A stretch of 64,000 nucleotides of DNA from the NCBI GenBank assembly GCA_002421425.1, contig DIJZ01000024.1, forward strand, positions 349 to 64,348, read 5' to 3'. The position numbers were made by a program, and so were the translations under genes. Source of the DNA: a candidate division WOR-3 bacterium UBA5631. GTDB lineage: Bacteria; Hydrothermota; Hydrothermia; UBA1063. This document shows positions 28,868 through 40,382 of this stretch, one piece after another. The notes beneath the pieces are model-generated. The model did no database searches and had not been told where the DNA came from. It saw nothing but the letters and a program-made list of their open reading frames with translations. Every line of letters starts with the position of its first letter. Position 1 is the stretch's first letter.

Positions 28868-30769
28868 TCACTGAAATTTTTGATCAAATTGTTCCTGTTC
28901 TTCAAGAATCTTGATTACGATCTCCACAAGATCGGGGTCAAACTGCTTTCCCTGCTCTCTTTTCAATTCGTGGATCACCTGTTCGCGATTCAAAGCGCCT
29001 CTATATGGCCTATCAGAGCGCATAGTTACAACTGCATCAGCGATGCCAAGGATTCTTGCGCCTAATGGAATCCCCTTTCCGCGCAGGCCAAGCGGATAAC
29101 CGGTCCCATCAAACCTTTCATGATGAGACTCGACATATATTGAAACCTGCTCAAGGCCCGGAACGCTTTTGAGAATCTCTTTTCCAATATTTGGATGCCC
29201 CTTAATTTCCTCCCACTCTACATCATTAAGAGGACCGTCCTTCAACAGGATTGATTTCTCTACAATAACTTTCCCAATGTCGTGCAAAAGACCTGCAAGG
29301 TAAATGTTCTTCTTTTCCTCGCTTGTCAAACCTAACTTCTCTGCAATCCTGAGCGAAAACTCTGCTACATCCCGGGAATGACTCGCAGTGAAAATGTCTT
29401 TCTTACTTTCCAGTTGAGAAAGTACATCTATAATACGATCGAGAGTCTCCACACTCTTCTCATAAAGAGAAAGATTTTTCATAGCAATCCCGAGGGAATT
29501 CCACAGAACTTTCACGTACTCAACATCCTCGCTGCTCATAATTTCCTTACTTTTAGAACCAATAAGGGCAATAATCTCAGGGCGAGTATCGATAATCAAG
29601 GGGATCGTCAGAAGCAACTTGTAGCCGCATTCATTGGCCACGGACTTATTAATGCATCCGAATCTCAATTGTTCTTCCGTATTGAATTTTACAAGTTCCC
29701 GGAGGCATTCATTGCGGATTTCGAATCTATCAAGGTCCTTCCGATTAAAGCCATGATTATAAAGTAAATGAAGCTCCATTTCATCAAATTTGAAAAAGGC
29801 ACAATTTTCCATTTTCAGAATCTCCTTACAATATTCTCTTGCAATATCAAAAATCTTTCCGAGGTTTGTCTCAGTCAGGATATCCTCAGAGAGGGTTTTC
29901 ACGAAAAGTAGAGCTTTTAGTCTTCGGATTGAATCCTCCTGATACCTAAGTAATTTTAGAACGCCCAGAAGATAAGGAATAGAAATCCTCAAAACTTCAA
30001 TATCATCATCAACATAAGAAGGTAACCCTTGAAATCGTCCAAGATAAATGAAACCAAAAAGCTCTTCTTCCACAAAAAGTGGAACAACGATAACCCTTGC
30101 AACTTTGTAGTACTCAACGAACTTCTTCAAGATTCTCCTTTCGCTCCAAGTATCGTTTATTACCAGAATATCCCTCAATTCAAGAGCTGTTGCAGCAGCA
30201 GTATCAGGAATAAGGGGAAAGTTAAAGTAGTTCTCTATATCAACATTCCCATGAAGTTCTGTATTAATGTAACCGCTTGCTTTACCAAACAGCATATTAC
30301 TTGACTTATCGTATACCGTCAACGCCCCAATTGTTGAATAGGTCAACTTGCAAATATCAGAAATAATCCTGCTGTAGATTTCATAGTAATCGCGCACATC
30401 ACCAAGACTCTTTATCAGATCGTTGATACTCAACAAAACAAAACGACTCTTAAGAATGTCAATTATGAACTCTACAAAGCTAGAATGCCTGTTAAGCCAT
30501 TGAATAAGCTTTTCCTTATCAGAAGGCCCTCGGAAAATAAGAGATCTCGGCCAGGAAATGTAAACCACAGATTCTCCCAGTGCAAAAGCTCCTTCAGTAT
30601 CGTGTTGAACACCATGCAAGTCCTGATTCAGCTTTGAAAAAAGAATATTGTGCACATAATCCACTCCCTCAACGTCAATGCCCGAAGATTTCAAAAGCCT
30701 CATTAAACGAATTTCGGAGTAAAACATGAGGTAATTATAACAAGGTTGATTAAGTAAATCAAACTCCAT
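28868..30769 (-). CDS. tandem-GAF / HD-GYP domain c-di-GMP phosphodiesterase-type signalling protein
   Basis: The C-terminus has HD-GYP motifs LLHDIGKV and HHERFDGTGYP. The N-terminal two-thirds has GAF-like repeats. Confidence 0.75.
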   Translation of the reverse strand: MEFDLLNQPCYNYLMFYSEIRLMRLLKSSGIDVEGVDYVHNILFSKLNQDLHGVQHDTEGAFALGESVVYISWPRSLIFRGPSDKEKLIQWLNRHSSFVEFIIDILKSRFVLLSINDLIKSLGDVRDYYEIYSRIISDICKLTYSTIGALTVYDKSSNMLFGKASGYINTELHGNVDIENYFNFPLIPDTAAATALELRDILVINDTWSERRILKKFVEYYKVARVIVVPLFVEEELFGFIYLGRFQGLPSYVDDDIEVLRISIPYLLGVLKLLRYQEDSIRRLKALLFVKTLSEDILTETNLGKIFDIAREYCKEILKMENCAFFKFDEMELHLLYNHGFNRKDLDRFEIRNECLRELVKFNTEEQLRFGCINKSVANECGYKLLLTIPLIIDTRPEIIALIGSKSKEIMSSEDVEYVKVLWNSLGIAMKNLSLYEKSVETLDRIIDVLSQLESKKDIFTASHSRDVAEFSLRIAEKLGLTSEEKKNIYLAGLLHDIGKVIVEKSILLKDGPLNDVEWEEIKGHPNIGKEILKSVPGLEQVSIYVESHHERFDGTGYPLGLRGKGIPLGARILGIADAVVTMRSDRPYRGALNREQVIHELKREQGKQFDPDLVEIVIKILEEQEQFDQKFQ

Positions 30770-30831
30770 AGGACATCCAACATCTTTACTTGTCCTTTCA
30801 GTGGTGTTGGATTATAATAATTGAATTGCAA

Positions 30832-30909
30832 GGCGCCATCGTCTAGTCTGGCTAAGGATACCTGGTTCTCAGCCAGGAGACCCGGGTTCAAATCCCGGTG
30901 GCGCTACCA
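30832..30909 (+). tRNA. tRNA-Glu (anticodon CUC), CCA encoded
   Basis: Sequence GGCGCCATCGTCTAGTCTGGCTAAGGATACCTGGTTCTCAGCCAGGAGACCCGGGTTCAAATCCCGGTGGCGCTACCA, with anticodon loop TT-CTC-AG. Confidence 0.85.
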
Positions 30910-30910
30910 C

Positions 30911-30982
30911 TGGGGGATCGTCTAACTGGCAGGACAGCTGACTCTGGATCAGCCGGTCGGGGTTCGAATCCCTGTCCCCCAG
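30911..30982 (+). tRNA. tRNA-Gln (anticodon CUG)
   Basis: Sequence TGGGGGATCGTCTAACTGGCAGGACAGCTGACTCTGGATCAGCCGGTCGGGGTTCGAATCCCTGTCCCCCAG, with anticodon loop CT-CTG-GA. It sits 1 nt after the tRNA-Glu CCA. Confidence 0.85.
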
Positions 30983-30994
30983 TATAATAAATAA

Positions 30995-32880
<1,886 letters not shown>

Positions 32881-32965
32881 AGAAATATTGTAAAGGAAAG
32901 AACCCGAAAAAAATAGGTCCTGACGAAGGAAGCCATGTGATTTGATTGTATGCCCAAATTAGAAC

Positions 32966-32994
32966 TTGAATGTAAAATACCAATGTTTTAAAAT
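32966..32994 (+). promoter_or_regulatory. sigma70-like promoter TTGAAT, 17 nt spacer, TAAAAT; 6 nt before ATG 33001
   Basis: TTGAAT is at 32966-32971, followed by a 17-nt spacer and TAAAAT at 32989-32994. The ATG is at 33001 with no SD. Confidence 0.45.
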
Positions 32995-33000
32995 TTCCAC

Positions 33001-33549
33001 ATGTCGACGATTGAAGTTACTGTTCCTTTCGACAATGAAACCGTCGGAGCTTTTAAAGCAGGCCAACGCCTTTTACTCTCGGGTATAATATATACTGCAA
33101 GAGACGCAGCTCACCGGAGGATACAGCAACAATTGCTCAGCAATGAATTTAACGCTTTCCCCCTCCATGGATCTGTAATCTACTACTGTGGACCAACACC
33201 TACGCCTCCTGGAAAAGTGATAGGTTCAGCAGGACCCACCACATCCTACAGGATGGACCCTTTCGTACCACTTCTCCTGGAAAACGGAGTTAAGGGATTT
33301 ATTGGAAAAGGGAAGAGAAGTGAAGAAGTAAAAGAGTACCTGAAAAAATTCCGGGGAGTTTACCTGATCGCCACAGGCGGTGCCGGAGCTCTGCTCTCCA
33401 CAAGAATAAATTCGTGTAGAATAGTAGCCTACCCAGAACTTGGTCCTGAAGCTATATACGAGCTCACAGTCCAGGATTTCCCTGTCATTGTGGGTATCGA
33501 CGTCTTCGGAAATGACGTCTACGAAATAGGTCCCTTCGCACGAGTTTAG
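33001..33549 (+). CDS. Fe-S hydro-lyase beta subunit (class I fumarate hydratase / L(+)-tartrate dehydratase C-terminal domain type)
   Basis: It has GPTPTPPGKVIGSAGPTTSYRMDPF and FIGKGKRSEEV motifs and a 182-aa size. No alpha subunit is adjacent. Confidence 0.6.
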   Translation: MSTIEVTVPFDNETVGAFKAGQRLLLSGIIYTARDAAHRRIQQQLLSNEFNAFPLHGSVIYYCGPTPTPPGKVIGSAGPTTSYRMDPFVPLLLENGVKGFIGKGKRSEEVKEYLKKFRGVYLIATGGAGALLSTRINSCRIVAYPELGPEAIYELTVQDFPVIVGIDVFGNDVYEIGPFARV

Positions 33550-33550
33550 T

Positions 33551-34516
33551 TTATTCTTGAAAAAACCTTGAAAAACCCTCCGAAAGGTAGGTGGAATCGT
33601 CAGTAATAATGTAATACTCCATTCCCTCAAAACTCTTCTGCAAATCTTTAGCCTTTTCGGGTCCCAGCACAAATATTGCTGTCGCCAGCGCGTCACAAAG
33701 TGTCGCATCCTTATATATTACTGTAACGCTCCGAACACCACTCGAAACCGGGTACCCCGTGAAGGGAGAGAAAATGTGACTGTACCTTTGTCCGCCCTGT
33801 TCAACGTACCTTTCGTAATCTCCAGAAGTGCAGCATGCTACATTTGAAAGGAAAATAACCCTATTAATTTCCTCTTCATGGGGATCTCGAATACCCACAC
33901 GCCATTTCGCTCCGTCCTTACTTCCCAGGAGGTACAGGTCACCTCCAGCATCTATTATACCTGACAACGTACCTTTTGATTTCAGATATTCCGCCGCAAG
34001 CTGAATTGCATAACCCTTCGCGATGCCAGCCAATGTGATTCGCTGATGTGGTCCGAGGGCAATCTTTCCGTCAGAGATTCTGATGTTTCTGTAATTAATG
34101 TATTTTTGGTATTTTAATATGGAATCTTCTTCAGGAAATACGTACTTTCCCTGTTCATCGAAGTGCCAGAGATGAACAATGGCTCCAACTGTTATGTCAA
34201 AGGCGCCCCCTGTAGCTTCCGATACTTGAATGGCTTTTCTTATGCACTCAAGTGTGTAAGGGTGCACTGCGACCAGGCTTCTGGAGCTGTTTATCCTGTA
34301 AACATCAGACCAGGGCTTTATCGGATTCATGAGGGAATCAATGGTCTTGAAGATCTGAAATACGGAGTCACACAGGGTTGAGCAGGAATCGGGCAGAGTT
34401 ACATTCAAGACTGTTCCCATTACAAGATAAGTTTTCGTAACGAAGTCCTGTTTTCTTTTGCAACCTGTATAATGAACCAGGAAAACCAGAAGAAAGAATC
34501 TCAGAAATCTCCTCAT
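33551..34516 (-). CDS. apbE: FAD:protein FMN transferase (ApbE/Ftp)
   Basis: It has a signal/lipoprotein-like N-terminus and ApbE motifs GGAFDITVG, GIAKGYA, AGGDLYLLG and TSGDYERY. Confidence 0.8.
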   Translation of the reverse strand: MRRFLRFFLLVFLVHYTGCKRKQDFVTKTYLVMGTVLNVTLPDSCSTLCDSVFQIFKTIDSLMNPIKPWSDVYRINSSRSLVAVHPYTLECIRKAIQVSEATGGAFDITVGAIVHLWHFDEQGKYVFPEEDSILKYQKYINYRNIRISDGKIALGPHQRITLAGIAKGYAIQLAAEYLKSKGTLSGIIDAGGDLYLLGSKDGAKWRVGIRDPHEEEINRVIFLSNVACCTSGDYERYVEQGGQRYSHIFSPFTGYPVSSGVRSVTVIYKDATLCDALATAIFVLGPEKAKDLQKSFEGMEYYIITDDSTYLSEGFSRFFQE

Positions 34517-35946
34517 TTAGAAGGCAATACCTGTACATTTGTAAATTTACAAGGTGGACTCCCGTGCCCCACTCTCATTACCTGCCCAGGTTCACCTTTA
34601 CCACATCCCGTAATTCCATACATTTCAAACTCTCCCTCGTTACCAACCATCACCAGATTATTCCAGAAAACCGGGGTAATTCCAGTATAGGAAGGATTTC
34701 TGACCATACTCTTGACTTTTCCATTTACAACAAGATACCCCAATTCTGTTCCAAATTGAAAGTTGAGACGCTTATCATCTATGGACCACGATTTGTTGGT
34801 TTTGAGCAAAACACCATACTTTGTGCTGTCAATCATACGTTCCAGCGATGATTCTCCAGGTTGAAGATTAATGTTGGTCATCCTCACAATGGGAATTCTT
34901 GACCAGTCCTGAGCCCTCGCAGCGCCAGAGCTTCTCTTTTTGATATGAAACGCACTTTCCCTTGAGGAGAGGTACCCCCTCAGTATACCATTCTCAATCA
35001 GTTGCAGTTTCTGCGCCTTTACACCTTCATCATCATAACCAAAGGTTCCAAGGCCATATTGAATAGTTGAATCCTGAAATACATTAAGGATATCGGAACC
35101 ATACTTGAAAGTACCCAGCTTATCAATGGAGGCAAAACTTGTACCCGCATACGATGCTTCAAACCCCAGCACCCTATCAAGTTCCAGAGCATGACCAATA
35201 GACTCATGAATTTGCAGGGCCATCTGATCAGGTGCAATGATGACGTCCATTTCGCCAGAAGGGCAGACCGGAGCAAAGAGTAGCTCCTGAACCTCCTCAA
35301 CAAGTCTCCCGGCAATCTCAGTAAGATTAAGTTCCTCTACATATTCGTAGCCCCTTCTTAATACATTAGAAAAGGATCGCTGCTGTAATTCATTGCGCCT
35401 TGCTGCGAGAACAGTTAACGATGCCCCAGAATCCACAAATCTCTGATCAATAAGGCTACTTTCGGTATTTGCAAAAACCTGTTTGAAATCGCGGAATTCA
35501 AGGGATGAAATCCTTTGCTTCACGTACCTTCCCCTCTTCATAACTTCATCCACTGCAAGTAGCAACGCGATTTTGTCATCAAGAACTACTTTAAAGGGGT
35601 TTATCCGAAACTTACTAACGTAAGAGTCTACATATACGTCTTCTTTGCTCAGATATGCTTCTCTTCCTACTTTTGATAGCGACGTGGCTATTTCAATTGC
35701 GCGTGTCAAAGCTTCCTCTGCGTCTTTTATGGAAAGAGAGCTTACCGCCGCAAATCCCCACCTGTTATTTACAAGAACTCTTATGCCAATACCTTCCGTC
35801 TCACTTCGAGAAATGTCCTCAACAATCCCATCCTTCACGGAGATATATTCATTCACTATTTTTACAATCCTGACATCACCATAGAAAACTTTTTTGAGTT
35901 TTAGAAGATCAATTATGTTAAGGGCCAGCTCTTTCATTTTAACCAC
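34513..35946 (-). CDS. tldD: TldD/PmbA family metalloprotease
   Basis: It is 477 aa with GIRVLVNNRWGFA and a C-terminal HESIGHALE…GTSF region typical of TldD. Confidence 0.75.
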   Translation of the reverse strand: MVKMKELALNIIDLLKLKKVFYGDVRIVKIVNEYISVKDGIVEDISRSETEGIGIRVLVNNRWGFAAVSSLSIKDAEEALTRAIEIATSLSKVGREAYLSKEDVYVDSYVSKFRINPFKVVLDDKIALLLAVDEVMKRGRYVKQRISSLEFRDFKQVFANTESSLIDQRFVDSGASLTVLAARRNELQQRSFSNVLRRGYEYVEELNLTEIAGRLVEEVQELLFAPVCPSGEMDVIIAPDQMALQIHESIGHALELDRVLGFEASYAGTSFASIDKLGTFKYGSDILNVFQDSTIQYGLGTFGYDDEGVKAQKLQLIENGILRGYLSSRESAFHIKKRSSGAARAQDWSRIPIVRMTNINLQPGESSLERMIDSTKYGVLLKTNKSWSIDDKRLNFQFGTELGYLVVNGKVKSMVRNPSYTGITPVFWNNLVMVGNEGEFEMYGITGCGKGEPGQVMRVGHGSPPCKFTNVQVLPSK

Positions 35947-36721
35947 CTATAACCACATTTTTCCCAATACTCTTCAAAATTTCAAGGCAGGATAGAGCAG
36001 CAAGAAAGCTGGTTTTAGGATTACTGGGGAAAGGAACATTTTTCAGAACTATCTTCAAATTTCCAGCCTCCGATTTAACTTCGATGGTGTGCTCATTAGA
36101 TTTAACCTTCGGATCTGCTATAATCACAACCTCAAGCTTTTCCAGCATATCACCAGCAAGGCCAAGGGCAACTGCCACATTTATATTCTGCGGAAAAAGT
36201 CGCGCAGCATCAACGGCAGACCCGCTGAAAAGAATTTCTGGTTTCGTGAGCGACCTTCCAAGAGTAGCTGGCGGCTTTCTCGTTGTGAGCTTTGCGCTCC
36301 TGATCTTTACATTAGAAAGAGCCTTAAGACCGTCCAGTCCTGCAACAGCTCCAGAAGGAACGTAGATTTTCCTTCCCTTTCGCTTTACGTATTCAAACAA
36401 ACGACCTCTGAACTCGTCATCGGCAAGAGCCCCAGCACTCATAACTACGAGGTCCTTCCCTGCGTCAATAATCTTGAATGCATAAGCCCTGAGGGCTTCC
36501 TGGGAGGCTGCTTCCAGAACAACGTCAATATCACCCTTCAAGAACTCTTCAAAACTCTCCGCAATTACAGGACGCTTTTCAAGGGAAGAGTAGAGCCAGA
36601 AGGCTTTATCAACCTGAGTATCGTAAATTACGTTAAGGACCACGTTCTCCACGTTGCCTTTGTCTATTTCCTGGGCAATATAGGAACCAATGGCTCCGCA
36701 GCCAATAATTCCAAGCCTCAT
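35939..36721 (-). CDS. nadX: L-aspartate dehydrogenase NadX-like
   Basis: It starts [16 protein letters not shown] (Rossmann), is 260 aa, and sits immediately downstream of nadC as in Thermotoga-type nad operons. Confidence 0.65.
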   Translation of the reverse strand: MRLGIIGCGAIGSYIAQEIDKGNVENVVLNVIYDTQVDKAFWLYSSLEKRPVIAESFEEFLKGDIDVVLEAASQEALRAYAFKIIDAGKDLVVMSAGALADDEFRGRLFEYVKRKGRKIYVPSGAVAGLDGLKALSNVKIRSAKLTTRKPPATLGRSLTKPEILFSGSAVDAARLFPQNINVAVALGLAGDMLEKLEVVIIADPKVKSNEHTIEVKSEAGNLKIVLKNVPFPSNPKTSFLAALSCLEILKSIGKNVVIGG

Positions 36722-37596
36722 AACTCCACCTCAAGACTGACATCACAGCTTCTGACAGTTTTCGTTAAAATTCCAGCGGAAATCACGTTCACTCCCGTCT
36801 TTGCATATTCCTCCACGTTATCGAAATCTATTCCTCCAGACGCTTCCAGAATTACACTTCCGTAGTATCCTCGGCTTTTATATGCTGCCACCACCTTTGA
36901 AACTTCTTCGGGATTCATGTTGTCGAGCATTACGATACTCGCACCCATCTCTGCTGCTTTCATGGCGTCTTCAAAGGTTTCAACTTCCATTTCTATCTTG
37001 TGGGCGAAACTTGACGCCCTTGTTGCTGCTTTCAATGCACTCTCAATACCTCCAAGTATTCTCAGATGATTATCCTTCAACATTACCTGATCCGAAAGCG
37101 AGAAGCGGTGAGTATCTCCTCCTCCAGCCTCAAAAGCCATTTTCTCAAAGTACCTCAAACCTGGAGTAGTTTTTCGAGTGCATGCTATTTTGACTTCTGG
37201 ATTAATTGCCTTTGCTTTCATTACAAAAAAAGCGACCTGCGTCGTTATTCCAGAAAGGTGAGAAATAACGTTAAGGACAGTTCGTTCTACACTGAGGATT
37301 TTTCGCGCATCACCTGTTATGTGAACAAGAATATCACCCTTTACCACCCAGTCCCCATCCCTCTTATTGAGTTCAGCCCTGATTCCAAGATAGTCCAGCA
37401 AAACCTTAGAATAGTAAAGGCCAAAGACCTTGAAGTTTTCCCTGGCCTCAATTCGGGCCTTGCAGATTGTATGTTCAGGGATCAACTTTGATGAAATATC
37501 ATCAAAGGGCAGATCCTCGTCCAGAAAATCAAGCATTTTCTTTAAAATTCTGTGTTCCATCGTTATAATTATTAAACTTGTTACTGGAATAAGCAA
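36718..37596 (-). CDS. nadC: nicotinate-nucleotide pyrophosphorylase (quinolinate phosphoribosyltransferase)
   Basis: It is 292 aa with typical QPRTase regions (…MLKDNH…, …VMLDNM…, EASGGI). Confidence 0.8.
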   Translation of the reverse strand: MLIPVTSLIIITMEHRILKKMLDFLDEDLPFDDISSKLIPEHTICKARIEARENFKVFGLYYSKVLLDYLGIRAELNKRDGDWVVKGDILVHITGDARKILSVERTVLNVISHLSGITTQVAFFVMKAKAINPEVKIACTRKTTPGLRYFEKMAFEAGGGDTHRFSLSDQVMLKDNHLRILGGIESALKAATRASSFAHKIEMEVETFEDAMKAAEMGASIVMLDNMNPEEVSKVVAAYKSRGYYGSVILEASGGIDFDNVEEYAKTGVNVISAGILTKTVRSCDVSLEVEL

Positions 37597-37605
37597 GGAG
37601 GAATT

Positions 37606-38475
37606 ATGGCTATACTTGTGAACAGGAATTCAAGAGTCGTAGTTCAGGGAATCACAGGAAGAGATGGGGCTTTTCATGCAAAACTTATGAAAGATTACGG
37701 CACCCGGGTTGTCGCGGGTGTAACGCCGGGAAAAGGTGGAAATTTTGTTGAAGGAATTCCTGTCTTTAATACAGTAAGTGAAGCAGTTGAAAAGGAAGGC
37801 GCAGATGTTTCTTGTATTTTTGTGCCTGCGCCCTTTGCTGCGGACGCCATAATGGAGTCTGCAGATGCTGGTATAAAGCTCATCGTAGCAATTACGGAAG
37901 GGATACCAGTTCAGGACATGGTGAAAGTTGTTGCTTTTGTAGAAGAAAAGGGAGCAAGGTTAATAGGACCAAATTGTCCTGGTTTAATTACACCGAAAGA
38001 AGCTAAGGTAGGGATCCTCCCGGGTCATATATTCTCTAGGGGACCTGTGGGTGTAATTTCGAGGAGTGGTACCCTAACATATGAAATAGTCAGCCACCTT
38101 ACTGCCTATGGAATTGGGCAATCTACTGCGGTAGGAATTGGTGGAGATCCGATTATTGGTACGAAGTTCATTGATCTTCTGAAAATCTTTAAAGAAGACA
38201 GGGAAACCGAAGCAGTGGTCCTGGTTGGAGAAATAGGAGGAACCGACGAACAGGATGCAGCCCTCTACATCAAAAACGAATTTGGAAAACCCGCAGTAGC
38301 CTTCATTGCAGGAAGAACTGCGCCGAAAGAAAAAAGGATGGGACATGCAGGGGCAATTATTTCGGGAAGTGAAGGGACTGCTGAAGAGAAAACCAGAGCT
38401 TTCAATGAAGCGAACGTAGCTGTTGCGAAGGAGCCGCAGGAAGTTGCAATACTAGTGAAAGATTTGCTGAAATGA
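37606..38475 (+). CDS. sucD: succinate-CoA ligase alpha subunit (CoA-binding, phospho-His MGHAGAI)
   Basis: It has [26 protein letters not shown] and the active-site His loop [11 protein letters not shown]. An AAGGAGG SD is upstream. Confidence 0.8.
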   Translation: MAILVNRNSRVVVQGITGRDGAFHAKLMKDYGTRVVAGVTPGKGGNFVEGIPVFNTVSEAVEKEGADVSCIFVPAPFAADAIMESADAGIKLIVAITEGIPVQDMVKVVAFVEEKGARLIGPNCPGLITPKEAKVGILPGHIFSRGPVGVISRSGTLTYEIVSHLTAYGIGQSTAVGIGGDPIIGTKFIDLLKIFKEDRETEAVVLVGEIGGTDEQDAALYIKNEFGKPAVAFIAGRTAPKEKRMGHAGAIISGSEGTAEEKTRAFNEANVAVAKEPQEVAILVKDLLK

Positions 38476-38969
38476 CCTTACTTTTGGCCATCCTATTATC
38501 ACTTACCTCAGACAGCCTTTTCTCGAATTTAAAGGATTTAGATTTTCAGACGGGTTTCGTGGAAACAGTTACCTACAAAAATTCTCAAACTGTTGATACC
38601 TTCAAAGGAAATCTCAAGCGCAAAGGATCAAAATTAGTGATGGAAGTAAAATATCCTTATGAAGAAAAATACGAGATTCGTGGTGACACCCTTTATGTTT
38701 ACAGTGATGGGAAGATTTCTTACTATCCCCTGGAAGAAGATGCCATAAGTCTTTTGAACTTCAATTTCTTATTGGACTCGACTCGCTTCTATACTAAAAT
38801 ACATGGGGACGTAATAGAACTCCGTCCAAAGCAGGATGCATGGTTTAATTCTGCAAAACTTTTTATTTCAAAGGACTTACCGAGGGCCATTGAAGTCGAG
38901 GACAATGAAAAAATAATAAAGTTTACGTTCAGGAACTGGAAGTTTTATGACAGAAAAACTGGAGAGTAA
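38472..38969 (+). CDS. LolA-like periplasmic beta-clam protein (tentative)
   Basis: It is 165 aa with a signal-like N-terminus and beta-rich sequence with LolA-like spacing. Evidence is weak. Confidence 0.35.
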   Translation: MTLLLAILLSLTSDSLFSNLKDLDFQTGFVETVTYKNSQTVDTFKGNLKRKGSKLVMEVKYPYEEKYEIRGDTLYVYSDGKISYYPLEEDAISLLNFNFLLDSTRFYTKIHGDVIELRPKQDAWFNSAKLFISKDLPRAIEVEDNEKIIKFTFRNWKFYDRKTGE

Positions 38970-39357
38970 TCCTTTTTGCTTCGTTTGCGGACAGGAAAAT
39001 CCCAGGGGACTTAAGGCAAAAATTGCAAAACAAGCGGACGGATGTTCCATAAGTATTACACTTGAGAATACACTGGAGGGATACCGAGGGATAATCCACG
39101 GTGGAATCCTCGTAAGTCTTATGGATGAAGTGATGGCCTACGCCGTTTCCAATGACAATTTGTGGGGTGTTACAGCATCCCTTGAAGTGAAATTCAAGAA
39201 GAAAGTGAGTTCAGAAAAACAAATAATCGTGACTGGCAAGGTTATCGAAAGAAAAGGCTCCTGGGCAAAGGCTTATGCTCAGATAAAATACGAAAACGAT
39301 GAAGAAATCCTTGCCGAAGCAAAGGGCCTTTTCAAATTACTCCCACTGAAACAATAG
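38947..39357 (+). CDS. hotdog-fold acyl-CoA thioesterase (PaaI/YiiD-like)
   Basis: It has CFVCGQENPRGL and HGGILVSLMDEVMAYA motifs typical of the PaaI family. Confidence 0.7.
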   Translation: MTEKLESNPFCFVCGQENPRGLKAKIAKQADGCSISITLENTLEGYRGIIHGGILVSLMDEVMAYAVSNDNLWGVTASLEVKFKKKVSSEKQIIVTGKVIERKGSWAKAYAQIKYENDEEILAEAKGLFKLLPLKQ

Positions 39358-39407
39358 ATTACCTTCAAGCTTCCGTATTCTTATGAGGACATTGTTAATA
39401 TTTCAGT

Positions 39408-40355
39408 TCACCAGAGAGTTAAAACCTTTCCAGATCTCAATATGATGCGCAGAAAACTCTGGTGGTTTTCATCATCATACTCATATTTTCTGCCCTGTAC
39501 ATCGCCAATTTCTGTATTGTTCCCAAAAAAGATGCCTGAAATCGTACGATAACGCCTTTCCGTAGTATCAAGTTTTACTCCAGAAACCGCAGCATGGAGA
39601 ACGAAATTTACCCCAAAACGTACAAAACCAACAACTACCCCTCTTGTTGAGTCCTGAAGGCAGTTAGCAGTTACTACAATCGTATCTCCTTGATGGGCTC
39701 CTCCAATCCTGATCGCTTCACCTGCAATTGTACCAACAAATCCGGGGCTTTTCCCTGTTGGAGTTGCACCAACATGACAGTGAACCACATCTTTAATTTC
39801 ATACTCCAATCCAAGAACGTTCTCAACGATAGAAAAAGATGACGTATACAAGCTTACATGACCCTTTTCAAGAATGAGGCCTCCCTGCAAAACGTGCAAA
39901 TATTGACCTTCCTCTATGTACTCATCAACGGAAAGTGTCAGATTCAAGGTATCACCACTAACATTTATCCACGTAAGAACAATCACCGAAGAGTCCCACC
40001 TCTGGGTAGTGACCCATCCTGTGTCACTATAGAAATATTGCCCAAAGGAATAATAATCCCTCAAATACAGATTTCTGTAAAGGTTAACGACATTTATAAA
40101 TGGGGTTGGATCCGTGGGGTCTTCGACCGGGTAACCTTTATCTATCCCAACAAGAATGGGAATGCCTTCAGGTTCGGGAAGTTGCGCAAGCTGAATATGA
40201 GCTTCACTGCTATCTATATCATTAATAAGCTGCCCAAGTTCACCTGTTGCAACTTCTGCTTCGTCCTCGTAAGGAAGTGAAGCCTTTTTACAGGAAAGAG
40301 TAAGCAGCAACAAAGCTATCAATATCACCAAAGATTTTTTCATTTTCACCTCCAT
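39408..40355 (-). CDS. hypothetical lipoprotein
   Basis: It has a signal peptide with lipobox LTLSC, followed by a beta-rich sequence without recognisable motifs. Confidence 0.4.
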   Translation of the reverse strand: MEVKMKKSLVILIALLLLTLSCKKASLPYEDEAEVATGELGQLINDIDSSEAHIQLAQLPEPEGIPILVGIDKGYPVEDPTDPTPFINVVNLYRNLYLRDYYSFGQYFYSDTGWVTTQRWDSSVIVLTWINVSGDTLNLTLSVDEYIEEGQYLHVLQGGLILEKGHVSLYTSSFSIVENVLGLEYEIKDVVHCHVGATPTGKSPGFVGTIAGEAIRIGGAHQGDTIVVTANCLQDSTRGVVVGFVRFGVNFVLHAAVSGVKLDTTERRYRTISGIFFGNNTEIGDVQGRKYEYDDENHQSFLRIILRSGKVLTLW

Positions 40356-40382
40356 AAATTTATTTTACTCTTCACAGGGTTA

